From Candidatus Spongiisociaceae bacterium (lineage in GTDB: Bacteria; Actinomycetota; Acidimicrobiia; Spongiisociales; Spongiisociaceae): a stretch of DNA of 64,000 bases. Where the stretch lies: NCBI GenBank assembly GCA_965262915.1, contig OZ253564.1, positions 192,001 to 256,000 of the forward strand, written 5' to 3'. Of this stretch, positions 40,863-56,766 are shown one piece after another; position 1 is the first letter of the stretch, and each line of letters opens with the position of its first letter. The position numbers and the translations under genes are program-made. The notes beneath the pieces were generated by a model, which made no database searches, was not told where the DNA came from, and worked only from the letters and a program-made list of their open reading frames with translations.

Positions 40863-42050
40863 TTACTTGGTGATTTTGGTGACGGTGCCCGCACCTACAG
40901 TACGACCACCCTCCCGAATAGCAAACCGCAAACCCTCATCCATAGCAATAGCAAACCCCAACTCCACCGACATATACGTATTATCACCCGGCATCACCAT
41001 CTCCACACCCCCAGGCAACCCCACCCGACCAGTCACATCCGTAGTACGAAAATAAAACTGCGGCTGATACCCAGGAAAAAACGGATTATGCCGACCACCC
41101 TCATCCTTAGTCAACACATACACCTGCGCATCAAAACACGTATGCGGCGTAATCGAGGACGGCGCAGCCAACACCTGCCCCCGCTCCACATCCCCCTTAC
41201 GAACCCCCCGCAACAACACCCCAATATTGTCACCAGCCCGACCCTCATCCAACAACTTCCGAAACATCTCCACCCCCGTCGCCACCGTACGACGAGTCTC
41301 CCGAATCCCCACCACCTCAACCGTCTCACCAACCCGAACCACACCAGCCTCCACCTTCCCAGTCACCACCGTCCCCCGACCAGTAATCGAAAACACATCC
41401 TCAATCGGCATCAAAAACGGCCGATCCACCGGACGATCAGGAACCGGCACATACGAATCAACCGCATCCATCAACTCCAACACACCCCCAGCCGCCACCG
41501 GATCACCCTCCAACGCCCCCAACGCCGACACCGGAACCACCGGCACGTCATCACCCGGAAACCCATAATCATCCAACAGCTCCCGAACCTCCAACTCCAC
41601 CAACTCCAACAACTCCTCATCATCCACCAAATCAACCTTATTGAGCGCCACCACCACACACGGCACCCCCACCTGACGAGCCAACAAAACATGCTCCCGC
41701 GTCTGAGGCATCGGCCCATCAGCCGCCGACACCACCAACACCGCCCCATCCACCTGCGCCGCACCCGTAATCATATTCTTGATATAATCCGCATGACCCG
41801 GCATATCCACATGAGCATAATGACGAGCAACAGTCTCATACTCCACATGAGCAATAGCAATCGTAATACCCCGCTCACGCTCCTCAGGCGCCTTATCAAT
41901 CTCATCAAACACCGTAAACACATTCCCAGACACACGCTCAGACAACACCCGAGTAATCGCAGCAGTCAACGTCGTCTTACCATGATCAATATGACCCATA
42001 GTCCCAACATTCACATGCGGCTTAACCCGCTCAAACCTAGCCTTCGCCAT
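40863..42050 (-). CDS. tuf: Elongation factor Tu
   Basis: [34 protein letters not shown]; anomalous G/T-ending codon usage. Confidence 0.98.
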   Translation of the reverse strand: MAKARFERVKPHVNVGTMGHIDHGKTTLTAAITRVLSERVSGNVFTVFDEIDKAPEERERGITIAIAHVEYETVARHYAHVDMPGHADYIKNMITGAAQVDGAVLVVSAADGPMPQTREHVLLARQVGVPCVVVALNKVDLVDDEELLELVELEVRELLDDYGFPGDDVPVVPVSALGALEGDPVAAGGVLELMDAVDSYVPVPDRPVDRPFLMPIEDVFSITGRGTVVTGKVEAGVVRVGETVEVVGIRETRRTVATGVEMFRKLLDEGRAGDNIGVLLRGVRKGDVERGQVLAAPSSITPHTCFDAQVYVLTKDEGGRHNPFFPGYQPQFYFRTTDVTGRVGLPGGVEMVMPGDNTYMSVELGFAIAMDEGLRFAIREGGRTVGAGTVTKITK

Positions 42051-42056
42051 GGTTCA

Positions 42057-44177
<2,121 letters not shown>

Positions 44178-44238
44178 CGCTTATTCTCTTACACCGAATC
44201 GTTCTGTTTCCCTGCTTCTGGTACTGCCGCGCCGGTTC

Positions 44239-44706
44239 TCACCAGCGGTAATGGGCGAAGGCCTTGTTGGACTCCGCCATCTTGTGGAGGTCTTCCTTGT
44301 GCTTGTGGGCCGTCCCCGTCTGGTTGGAGGCGTCCAGGATCTCGTAGGCGAGGCGCTCGGCCATGGTCTTCTCCCGGCGCCGCCTTGCATAACCGACCAA
44401 CCAGCGGACCGCCAGCGTCGAGGCACGCCGGGGCCGGACATCCACGGGTACCTGGTAGGAGGTTCCGCCCACCCGGCGGGAGCGGACCTCCACCTGGGGT
44501 CGGAGGTTGTCGATCGCCCTCTTGAGAACCACCAGGGAGTCCTGGCCACTGCGGCGGGCGACAAGTTCGAGGGCCCGGTAGACGATCTTGCGGGCCTTCT
44601 CCTTCTTGCCCTTGAGCAGGACCTGGTTGATGATCTGGCCGACGAGGATGTTGCGAAATACGGGGTCGGGCTCGATGGTCCGCTTCTCGGCAGGCGCTCT
44701 CCGCAT
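44239..44706 (-). CDS. rpsG: 30S ribosomal protein S7
   Basis: [24 protein letters not shown]. Confidence 0.97.
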   Translation of the reverse strand: MRRAPAEKRTIEPDPVFRNILVGQIINQVLLKGKKEKARKIVYRALELVARRSGQDSLVVLKRAIDNLRPQVEVRSRRVGGTSYQVPVDVRPRRASTLAVRWLVGYARRRREKTMAERLAYEILDASNQTGTAHKHKEDLHKMAESNKAFAHYRW

Positions 44707-44708
44707 GA

Positions 44709-45080
44709 TCAGCGACCCTTCTTGGAGCCGTAGCGGGAGCGGGCCTGCCGGCGGCCCTCGACCCCTGCGGCATCGAGCGTGCCCCGGATGACCTTGTAGC
44801 GAACACCGGGAAGGTCCTTGACCCGGCCACCGCGCACCAGCACGATGGAGTGTTCCTGGAGATTGTGGCCCTCACCCGGTATGTAGGCAGTCACCTCCAC
44901 GCCGGAGGTGAGGCGGACCCGGCATACCTTGCGGAGGGCCGAGTTGGGCTTCTTGGGCGTGATCGTGTAGACGCGGGTACACACACCGCGCCGCTGGGGC
45001 GACCCGGCCAGACCCGGTGTCTTCTCCTTGCGCGCCTTGGGCTTGCGACCCTGACGCACCAACTGCTGGATAGTCGGCAA
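44709..45080 (-). CDS. rpsL: 30S ribosomal protein S12 (TTG start)
   Basis: [31 protein letters not shown]. Confidence 0.97.
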   Translation of the reverse strand: MPTIQQLVRQGRKPKARKEKTPGLAGSPQRRGVCTRVYTITPKKPNSALRKVCRVRLTSGVEVTAYIPGEGHNLQEHSIVLVRGGRVKDLPGVRYKVIRGTLDAAGVEGRRQARSRYGSKKGR

Positions 45081-45425
45081 GTTTGCTCCTCGGGACAGGC
45101 AGGCAGTTACCCGCCCGGTCTCGTCCTCGATGTTCCGAGGATGACCGTGCGGGGACCGCATCCTATCGCGTACCGGTCGGCATAACCCCGTTACCGCCGC
45201 GCGGGCGGTCGTCGGCTGCCGAACCTTCCTACCTAATTGTGCTGGCCCCATGCCCAGAGTTCGTACCGACATGGGGTCACACCGGTAGCCCGTCAGGACA
45301 CGGAAAAACAGACGTGCATATGCACGGAGCGCAGTATATGGGATATGTACGGGATCGTCAATGGGAGAAGGGCCGGACGGCTTGGGGGGTGACCTCAAGG
45401 GGACACGGGGGGGGGGGGGGGGGGG

Positions 45426-45499
45426 CGCGGCCGGGAGGACTCGAACCCCCAACCTTCTGATCCGTAGTCAGACGCTCTGTCCATTTGAGCTACGACCGC
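45426..45499 (-). tRNA. tRNA-Arg(ACG)
   Basis: GCGGTCGTAGCTCAAATGGACAGAGC-GTCTGACT-ACG-GATCAGA...GGTTCGAGTCC; CCA not encoded. Confidence 0.95.
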
Positions 45500-45616
45500 A
45501 AGCGTTCAGGCGGGAACCTGGTGTGCGGTCCAACGGTAGTCGCCCCGTCCGGAAACCCAAAGGCCGGGAGCCGGTAACAGAGTGACCGCTACCCCACGAG
45601 ACAGCGGCCTGCACCC

Positions 45617-46450
45617 TCAGCGGGAGTAGGCACCTGCTCCGTGGGCGCGTCCGGGGGGCTCGCGGCCCAGCAGGTCCATCATCCTTCCACCGGTGCCGGT
45701 CATCCAATCGAACAGGATCTTGACGTCGCTGCCGATGCAGAAGTGCTTAACGCCCAGATCCAGGTACCGCTCGGCCCCCTCCCGGCCCCCCAGCTCGGCG
45801 CGGGGTGCTATACCCATCCGCAGGGCGGTCTCAATGACGTGCTCCTCGGCCTCCCTGACGCGAGGGTGGTCGACCTGCCCCGCCAGGCCGATGCTCATCG
45901 AATAGTCGGAGGGACCGAACTGGACCATGTCAACCCCCTCGACCGAGAGCAGCGCCTCCAGGTTCTCCACCGCGTCGTCCTTCTCGATCATCAGCGCCAC
46001 GACCGCCCGGTCGAGAGCTTCCACGAACGCCGGGGTGCCGACCTCGAGGACCAGACCTACGTCCCGGCGCATCCCGACACCGTGACGGCCGCCCGATCCC
46101 GGGGCCTCGGCCCGCACCGCGCTCACGCACTCCTCCACCTCTTCAACGGTTCTGGGATCCGAGAAGAGCAGGTTCTGGATCCCAGACCCGAGAGCCCTGA
46201 CTGCCAGGTAGGTGCGCGGTTCCTGTTCGATCTTCATCATCGACGACATGTGGTCGAATAGCTCGACAGCCCGGCCCAGGTTCTCCAGCGCGTAGAGGTC
46301 GTACGGTCCGTACTCCGCAACGAACTCCACATAGTCGAACATGCCGGAGTGCCCCACCAACTCCACGATCGACGGCCATGAACTCAGCAGGTGGGTTCCC
46401 AGGCTGGGCTGGTCCCCGTCGAGCAACTCCCGCAGTCGGTTCCGGCGCAT
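45617..46450 (-). CDS. HpcH/HpaI aldolase family protein
   Basis: FDYVEFVAEY, LMIE, EGVDMVQFGPSDYS.SIG. Confidence 0.88.
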   Translation of the reverse strand: MRRNRLRELLDGDQPSLGTHLLSSWPSIVELVGHSGMFDYVEFVAEYGPYDLYALENLGRAVELFDHMSSMMKIEQEPRTYLAVRALGSGIQNLLFSDPRTVEEVEECVSAVRAEAPGSGGRHGVGMRRDVGLVLEVGTPAFVEALDRAVVALMIEKDDAVENLEALLSVEGVDMVQFGPSDYSMSIGLAGQVDHPRVREAEEHVIETALRMGIAPRAELGGREGAERYLDLGVKHFCIGSDVKILFDWMTGTGGRMMDLLGREPPGRAHGAGAYSR

Positions 46451-46504
46451 TCGACAATCCTCCTCGGGAAGGCACAGGGTCACGCTCCGGCCGGCGCGAC
46501 CCCC

Positions 46505-46594
<90 letters not shown>

Positions 46595-46844
46595 CGTGAT
46601 CCGCACCAGCCTAGCCCGAGTGCCCTCCTGTGGACGCTGCGGGGATGTCCTCGCGTCCGTCCTCCGGCCGCGGAGGGAGTGACCGCCGTTTGTTGGTCTC
46701 ACATGGTTTCTCAACATCCCAGGTCTCTTTTGAACACCCTGGTTATAGGGTATTTCTTGCTTCTTGCGGTCTCAGACCGTATCGTTTAATCCCACCGATA
46801 AAGTGATAACCCTAGGTGATAACCAAAACGGGGAGGGGAGGCAG

Positions 46845-48032
46845 GTGAAACGTCCACGAATCCTATCAGCCGCGTTCGTGCGCACCGTCACCCAACCGGG
46901 ACGTTACGGCGACGGGCGGGGCGGGTACGGTCTCAGCCTGTTAGTCAAGCCAACCGCGAACGGGCGGCTTTCCAAGACGTGGAGCCAGCGGGTCCGTTTC
47001 CACGGGCGGGTCACCAACATCGGCCTAGGCGCCTATCCGATTGTCACTTTGGCCGAAGCCCGAAAAAAAGCGGTCGCGAACCGGCGGACGATCGAAGCGG
47101 GCCTCGACCCCCGCGGTAGCCGTGTACCCAGCTTCGAGGAGGCCACCGAAAAGGTTATCGCTATTCACGCGGCCGGGTGGAAACCGGGCGGCAAATCAGA
47201 AGCCCAGTGGCGGTCGTCGCTCATCACTTACGCGTATCCGCGTCTGGGACGCCGACCGGTGGATCGGATCACCACCGCGGATGTGATGGCTTGTCTGCTC
47301 CCGATCTGGCACACCCGCCCCGAGACAGCGCGGCGGGTACGACAGCGCATCGGAGCCGTCATGCGCTGGGCCATCGCGCAGGGATACCGGACGGACAACC
47401 CAGCCGGGGACGCGATCGGTGCCGCGCTTCCCTCCAACATGGGAAGACGTCGACACCACCCGGCGCTGCCCCACACCGACGTGGCGGCGAGTATCGCTAC
47501 CGTCCGGGCCTCCGCCGCGTATCCGACCACCGTCTTGGCGTTCGAGTTCCTAGTCCTCACAGCTTGCCGCTCCGGTGAGATACGGGGTGCACGATGGGAC
47601 GAGATCAAATCGGGCGAAGCCACCTGGACGATCCCCGCCTCCCGGATGAAAACCGCCCGCCAACACCGCGTACCCCTCCCCTCCCGCGCTCTCGAACTGT
47701 TGGCCGAAGCCGACCGGTTCCGGGACCGCAGCGGGCTGGTGTTCCCATCAGCCACCGGACGGGAACTATCCGACGCGACACTGTCCAAACTAATGCGAGA
47801 ACACAACATTCCCGCAGTACCCCACGGCTACCGGTCCAGCTTCCGGGACTGGGCAGCGGAGCTAACCGACACACCCCGCCAAATCTGCGAACTCGCACTC
47901 GCCCACGTCAACAACGATCGGGTCGAAGCCGCCTACCAGCGAAGCGACCTCTTCGACCGACGCCGCCAACTCATGCAAGACTGGGCCGACTACCTACACA
48001 ACCAGACTCCTGCTCTGCCAAACCCGGACTAG
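46845..48032 (+). CDS. P4-type tyrosine integrase with arm-binding domain
   Basis: GRYGDG..GL.L, LTACRSGE, MK, HGYRSSFRDW, LAH, AAY; two GTGATAACC direct repeats just upstream. Confidence 0.93.
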   Translation: MKRPRILSAAFVRTVTQPGRYGDGRGGYGLSLLVKPTANGRLSKTWSQRVRFHGRVTNIGLGAYPIVTLAEARKKAVANRRTIEAGLDPRGSRVPSFEEATEKVIAIHAAGWKPGGKSEAQWRSSLITYAYPRLGRRPVDRITTADVMACLLPIWHTRPETARRVRQRIGAVMRWAIAQGYRTDNPAGDAIGAALPSNMGRRRHHPALPHTDVAASIATVRASAAYPTTVLAFEFLVLTACRSGEIRGARWDEIKSGEATWTIPASRMKTARQHRVPLPSRALELLAEADRFRDRSGLVFPSATGRELSDATLSKLMREHNIPAVPHGYRSSFRDWAAELTDTPRQICELALAHVNNDRVEAAYQRSDLFDRRRQLMQDWADYLHNQTPALPNPD

Positions 48033-48855
48033 GGCCCAGACCCCGACCAGCCGCCACAACCCGCCTCGTCTACGACCGCTCGGCAGACAGCAACTTGCTG
48101 AGGACCCTACGACGTATGCAGCCACGCTCTCCGAAGCGTTGCGGCGATGTGCCTGGTGGACCTTACGGAGGCGACCGTTGAAGAGCCTCACGCTTGCAAG
48201 CACCGATGGCAGCGGGCGGAGAACGATGAGCTGGGGATACAAGCCGAAAGAACACCTACCGGTGGGGAATCCCCCCGAACATCACGTAGAGGCCTTATCG
48301 GATGAACGGCTGACTCCGGACCGGCTCCGGGGTCTTGTCCGTTGCCCTCAGCCGGGAGATGGTCTGGGCCTGTGGTGTGTTGCTCGCGTCCAGCAGCCCG
48401 GTGGCGGGCCGAGAAGGTGAGCCCGATTCGCACGGTGCCCACTCCGGGTCGTGATGCCGACGAGATTGGCCTCTTCAGCCCGGCTGAGCACCGAAGCTTA
48501 GCTGCCCTCAAGGTGCTGGTGTCGACCAGATCAGGGTGACCAACACAGGAGACTGACACCGAGGGAGGCCAGTATCCGCGCAGCGTGACGGCGATCAGGG
48601 GCACTCGCGAGGGTGGCGCCTGAGGGCGGCCTGCGGCGGGTCCCACCCTTTCGAGAGGTGGCTGGTCTGCTCTCCCATGGCTCGACGTGAGACACGCGCT
48701 AATGCGCCAGATTCTCGGCGTTGATGTCCTCGTCCTCATCAGCTGTCGCCGACCGGTGGAGCGGGAGTCGCGCATGTAGCCCGATCTGAGATGGTGGGGC
48801 GGTCTAGCCCGGTTTCAGTTCCTCGGCGAACCTCTCCTTGAGCCCCCGCTTTAGG

Positions 48856-50288
48856 GGCTCTTCGGAAATGAGTGGGGAGTAGGGGATCTGCGGGGGGAGT
48901 GGTAATCCACTAGAAGTGATGGGGGGTCCTCCATAATCGGGTGTTGATAAGCGACATCCGAGGCAGGAGGACCCCTGTGGAAGCTGATCCTACGCGCATG
49001 TGCGAGAAGTTGGTAGGCCTAGGTGAGGTTGATCTGGTGGGGATCAACGACCCGGGCGAGGAGGCACCTTTGGAGGTGGTGATCGGGTCCCGCAAGGCCC
49101 GCCCGTTGTGTGTGGCATGTGGCGGGTCGGTGTGGTCGAAGGGCTATCGGACGGTAGTTTTGGTGGATTTACCGGCGTTCGGTCGGCCTGTGCGGCTGCG
49201 GTGGCGGAAACGGCGCTGGACGTGCCCGAACACCGACTGTGCGCTCAGGTCGTTCATCGAACAAGACCCCAAGATTGGTCCCCAACGGGCGTTGTTGACA
49301 TCGCGAGCGGCGAGGTGGGTGACCATCCAGGTCGGTCGGCGGGGCCGTCCGATCCAAGAGGTCGCCGCCGAGTTGGGTTGTGATTGGCATACGGTGAACA
49401 AAGAGGTTGGCCGCTGGGGCGAAGCGCTGCTGGAAGCAGACACCGATCGGATAGGCGAGGTCGGAGCTGTGGGCATCGACGAGACGTTGTTCTGGCGTCA
49501 GGGACAGTGGCGCACCAAAGTCTGGTGCACCTCTGTCGTCGACGTTGGCGGCCACCAGCTGATCGACATAGTCCCTGGTAGAACAGCAGAAAGCGCCGCA
49601 GCCTGGTTCCGATCCCAACCCCCCGAGTGGCTCGACGGGATCCGCTGGGCGGTGCTGGACATGTCCGGTCCTTACCGGAAGGCGTATAACCGGGTGTTAC
49701 CGAACGCTCTCCAAGTAGCAGACCCCTTCCACGTCATACGCCTCGCCAACCAGCGACTCGACGAAGTACGACGAAGAGTCCAAAACGAAACCCTGGGACA
49801 CAGAGGCCGCAAGGACGACCCGCTGTATCGGATACGGCGGCTCCTCACCGCTGCGCATGAGAGGATCAGCGACCGCGGCCAGGTCCGCTTGCGTGGTCTC
49901 CTCGATGCCGGTGACCCCTACGGGGAGGTACGCACAGCCTGGCACGCGAAGGAAACGGTCCGGGGCATCTACGGGATCGACACTCCGGTCCTTGCTCTCC
50001 GATACACCCTCCAGCTCGCAGACGACCTCCAGCACGAATCCTGCCCACCCGAGATCAACAAGCTCGGACGTACCATCGCCCGCTGGACCCCCCAGATCAC
50101 CAACTGGCACATCTCGAAGGTAACCAACGGACCCACCGAAGCCCTCAACAACCTCATAAAGCGGATCAAACGCATCGCGTTCGGGTTCCGCAACTTCGCG
50201 AACTACCGAATCCGCGCCCTTCTCTACGCCGGGAAACCCAACTGGGACCTCCTCGCCACCGTCACTCCCCACTGAAATCCGAAGAGCC
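48856..50288 (+). mobile_element. ISL3-family insertion sequence
   Basis: Terminal inverted repeats GGCTCTTCGGA / TCCGAAGAGCC; 8-bp target duplication GCTTTAGG. Confidence 0.93.
48941..50275 (+). CDS. ISL3 transposase
   Basis: CxxCG...CxxxxC zinc finger, GIDET, LDMS, DPFHV, TNGPTEALN..IK.IKR..FGFRNF.NY. Confidence 0.94.
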   Translation: MLISDIRGRRTPVEADPTRMCEKLVGLGEVDLVGINDPGEEAPLEVVIGSRKARPLCVACGGSVWSKGYRTVVLVDLPAFGRPVRLRWRKRRWTCPNTDCALRSFIEQDPKIGPQRALLTSRAARWVTIQVGRRGRPIQEVAAELGCDWHTVNKEVGRWGEALLEADTDRIGEVGAVGIDETLFWRQGQWRTKVWCTSVVDVGGHQLIDIVPGRTAESAAAWFRSQPPEWLDGIRWAVLDMSGPYRKAYNRVLPNALQVADPFHVIRLANQRLDEVRRRVQNETLGHRGRKDDPLYRIRRLLTAAHERISDRGQVRLRGLLDAGDPYGEVRTAWHAKETVRGIYGIDTPVLALRYTLQLADDLQHESCPPEINKLGRTIARWTPQITNWHISKVTNGPTEALNNLIKRIKRIAFGFRNFANYRIRALLYAGKPNWDLLATVTPH

Positions 50289-50319
50289 GCTTTAGGCGGT
50301 CCGGCATCACGAAACACAA

Positions 50320-51207
50320 CCCATCTGGACAATCCCGTCGGAGAGCGGCTCTGGCGGTACAGAGCGAGCGACAAGGTGAATCCGTCGCCCGTGGTGTCCG
50401 GCGGCGCGGTGTACGCCAGGTCTTTCGGCGGTGCTGTGCACGCTATGGATGCCGCCTCGGGAACGCCGCTTTGGGAACGCAACCCGGGAGGGCACTATCT
50501 CCTCTCGTCGCTCGTCCTGTCGGATAGCGCGGTGCATGTCGAGTCGTTTGACGATCGAAGCGTCTATGGGCTGGACACCGTCACCGGAGCGCTTCTCTGG
50601 CGATACCGGACGAGGGGAGAACCCCACTCACCCGCGTCGTTCGAGGGCGTCGTGTACGCGCAATCGAGCGACGGCGCCAGCGACTACGTGGCAGCCCTCG
50701 ACGCGGCCAACGGACAGGTGCTCTGGGAATACCGAACCGGCACCACCGGGGACGGCGGCACCGCGGATCATCCACCCGTGGTGTCCGGCGGCGCCGTGTA
50801 CGTGGTCACCGGCGGGTACCTGGACGCGGTGGACACCGTCGGCGGGGAACTGCGCTGGAGATACGAGCCGGGTCTGCCCGGCGTCTATCTGCCCATGGCG
50901 TCGGGCGGGGTCGTCTACGTCCGCTCGGAAGGCTACGAGGGTGGCTACCTCGATGCGTTGGATGCTTCGACCGGAGCCCGGAAGTGGCGATACGAGGGCA
51001 CGTGGTCGTGTACGTCCGCAGTGTTTCGGTGGCCGGGTGTACGTGGGCGGATTCGGAGGCGAAGTGCACGCAGTGGATGTGGCGACGGGCGGGCTGCACC
51101 AGCGATACACCACGGGTAGCGGTTACGTATCCTCGATCACCGTGTCCGGCAGCATCGTCTACGTGGGATCGAGTTCGGGGGTGCACAGCATCAAGCCCGA
51201 CTCTTGA
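50320..51207 (+). pseudogene. PQQ/BamB-like beta-propeller repeat protein, 5'-truncated and frameshifted near 51025
   Basis: Repeats AxDaxtGxxxW in the 50376 frame continue in the 50431 frame; a further repeat lies upstream of the first start codon. Confidence 0.75.
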
Positions 51208-51719
51208 CGGCGATGTCAACACCCACCGCCGACTCATCCCGGGCAGACAGTCGGATCTAGGCTGTGCCCGGATCAGATGACTAGTGCCTAGCCCCAATCC
51301 TTTAGGCTTGGAGGGCTACGCCGCCAAATAACAGTGCAGCAAGGACCTCCGACCTGGGATTATGAGTGTTGACGAGCCCCGGGTGTCCCATAACAGGCGT
51401 TTCGCCCGCAGGGTGATACGGCGAATACCAGCCTTTCACGGCTCCTACCTGGCCGGTCGTAGGCTCTTGGCCCGTGTGTCTGAAGAACCACGGCTAGTCG
51501 GTAATCGGCGATCGGTGGTTAGCGTAAGATCGGGTCGTTTTCCGGCCTCGCAAGCGCCGTCCGAGTTTCACGGCGCGCCGAGGGGTGCCTTCAAAAACTG
51601 AAGATAGTGGACCCGCGGCAAGAGAGACAGACGGATTCGAGTCACAGCTGTGGTGCGCAGTCGTTGTGTACCGATGGTTCAGTGTGATCGCTCCAGTCGG
51701 ACGGCTTGGAACTAATCAT

Positions 51720-52298
51720 CTAGGCTCCGGGCGCCCTCCGAGCAATCGTCGTGCCCATCACCTTATCGTGCAGCGCCTGGTTGTTCTCGTCCCACAACGC
51801 CCACAGATGATCGAGCAGCCACACGATCAGAAGAACGAACGACAGCCCGGCAGGGACTCCGGCATCACCCATGACGAGGCCGGAGAGGAAGTTCACCCAG
51901 AAAACGAACCCCTTGACGAGGAACTGCCTGACGAACATGCGGCCCCAACCGGTCGTCTCGCCGGTGGCAACGTCAACCGCCCGAATGCCGACAATCTGCT
52001 TACCCGGAGTCTGCCCGTTCCTGAGGGCGAAAAGCCACCATATCAAATAGGCCAAGACCAGAACCATGCCGATCAGCAGCAGCCCGATCGCGACCTCCAC
52101 CCAATCGGCCGCCTCATCCGCGAACGCGAAGAACAATGTGGAAAGAATCGCTACGCCGGCACTAAAGATCAAAAACGTGCCGCCTATCATGATCATCACC
52201 CAGTCCAGAACGAGCGCACCCAGGCGCGTCCCGATGCTGGCCAACTCGTATCGAGGCCCTTCCATCACGTCCTCCCCATCAATCCCGCGCAATGACAT
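51720..52298 (-). CDS. RDD family membrane protein
   Basis: RLGALVLD, GQTPGK, QALHDK..GT. Confidence 0.88.
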   Translation of the reverse strand: MSLRGIDGEDVMEGPRYELASIGTRLGALVLDWVMIMIGGTFLIFSAGVAILSTLFFAFADEAADWVEVAIGLLLIGMVLVLAYLIWWLFALRNGQTPGKQIVGIRAVDVATGETTGWGRMFVRQFLVKGFVFWVNFLSGLVMGDAGVPAGLSFVLLIVWLLDHLWALWDENNQALHDKVMGTTIARRAPGA

Positions 52299-52717
52299 AC
52301 GGGGGCTTCCACCAGCGACCGATCACCCGGTGGGTCGTGATCTACTCGTGAACATGCCTTGTCCCTAGCTGAGGCTATAGGTGAACCGTACCGGGTTTCC
52401 CGGAGAGTGTTTTACTTGAGTCCAGCTAGCTGGACTCGGTTCTGCTCACGATGGTAGTTGGCCTCCTTTTCTGCTGGTGGGATGTCTCCGATGGGTTCGA
52501 GGAGTCGGCGGTGGTTGAACCAGTCGACGTATTCGAGGGTGGCGTACTCGACTTGGTCGAGGTCCTTCCAGGGAGCGCGTTTGTGGATGAGTTCTGTCTT
52601 GTATAGGCCGATGACGGATTCGGCGAGGGCGTTGTCGTAGGAATCCCCAACCGAGCCGACTGAGGGTTCGATGCCGGCTTCGGTGAGCCGGTTCGTGTAG
52701 CGAATGGACAGATATTG

Positions 52718-55109
<2,392 letters not shown>

Positions 55110-55339
55110 GACTCCATTATCTCCCAACTAATCGAGTCTCCGGGAAACCCGGTGCGGTTCAAGGAGACCATGGGTGTGAGAGGCTGTGACTTATTGGTGA
55201 CCACAGTGGTGAATTGCCGGTTACAGCCGGTGCTGTGAGGCTGGGTAGCGGGATACACTAACCGCAGAATCCCACCGAGAGCGACGCTCAGCCTTGAACC
55301 GAGCAGAGAAACCGGACGCGAATCCACAACGTCAGCCGC

Positions 55340-55510
55340 TGGGAGATCGCCTCTCCCGCATGAGCCCAGGCCAGCATCCGCATCACCGAGACCCTGGACC
55401 TGAACACCGTGCTGCAGGGAGTGGTAGACGGGGCCTGTTCCCTGACCGGCGCCCGGCGCGGCGGTCTCACCGTCCTCGACGACGGAGGACAGGCGCCAAT
55501 CTTCATCCAG
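55340..55510 (+). pseudogene. Fragment of a GAF-domain sensor protein
   Basis: DRLSRMS / ASIRITETLDLNTVLQGVVDGACSLTGARRGGLTVLDD across a frameshift. Confidence 0.5.
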
Positions 55511-56766
55511 CATCGGTGTGGTTCAGAAGAACTTGACGGTGGGCGTCTACCTGTCTGCTCGGATTGTGACGGTCACGAATCTTGGATCGTTCGGGATCAG
55601 CCTCGACGAGTACGTGTTGTCTTGGACTGACGATACCGATTCGGGCAGTTATGAACATCCGATAGAAGACGTCACGGTGGCGGCCGGGTCGTCTCATGTG
55701 TTCGGTGTCGACAAGCCGCTTTCGGCTTCGGTGACGTTGAACAACCGGTACGCTCTGCAAGTAGCCTCCAGGGCAACCCGGTTACTCACGTTCCCGGCGG
55801 CTGCGGGCTGCCGGTGTCGTCGGGCGGGGGTCCCGGGCGCCTCGGTGAGTTGCCCTATCCGGAACACCCCACCATCACCGACAGCAACCGTCAGAGAAGG
55901 TCAACCGCGCCTGGTAGCAGTTCAACCCTGTAGCCCGATCAGATCCCGACGCCCGGCACTTGACGCGGGGTGGTTCTGCTCTCGGGGCGGTCAGAGGCGG
56001 GGGTACGATCCCGGTTGTCGCGGTCGGGTCCACGATGGTTGGCGTCGTCGCTCTCGAAGTGGAGACACCCGGCCCCCACCGACCTGCTGGCGCATACCTG
56101 GTCGTCGGCTGTGGTGGGCTTCCGACGACGACCTGGTGGCGGCGGACACTGCGGGCTGTGAATGGCGGGTGACCGAGATCGTCTCGTCGGGGCATCCGCT
56201 GTTGGTCTGGTACGACAACGACATGGGCGTGTGATCCGCAACGTCGCCCTGGGGCTGCGCACCGCAGTGGCTCGCTGTGTCGCCGACGCAGCGGGCCCAA
56301 GTCGAGGCGGCCGACAGGCGGCTGCTGAAACGGGTCGGGCTGGACGCTGCCGAGCACGACAAGTGGCTGGGCGGTTGGTGTGAGGTGGGGGACACGCCGG
56401 AGTCGAACTGTGTGTGGGGCATCCGCTCCCCGGTGTGTGGCAGTGGTCTCTGACGATCGGCTGGCGGAGTCCGGTTGGGTACCGGCAGCGGGACTTGACG
56501 GTTGCTTTGGGGATTACCCGGTTTTGGCGGTTCTCCGACGGGTTGGACAGACCGTAGCGGGTTCCGGGTGGCGGGCCGGGAAGGCGAGCACCTCGGGTGG
56601 CCACACCAGCCGCTCGTCGGCGGTGCTGGGCCGGTGGCTCACTCGGTAGGTGGCAGTGTGGTCGTAGTGGCCGCGGTCGTAAACATTGGGGAATTATATA
56701 TTTAGCTTGACGAACCCGGCGAATGCTGCTTAGATACTGGTATACAGCAGATGAGGATAGAACACA

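Noticed and set aside
45407-45425. 19-G homopolymer abutting the tRNA-Arg 3' end
   Set aside because: Long G runs are a common sequencing/assembly artefact and it is not inside a gene; it needs read support before invoking phase variation
48033-48855. Short ORFs between the integrase and ISL3
   Set aside because: No recognisable motifs or consistent coding frame
55518-56680. ORF 55518-56234 and neighbours
   Set aside because: Appears to be a mosaic of degraded fragments; no product can be supported
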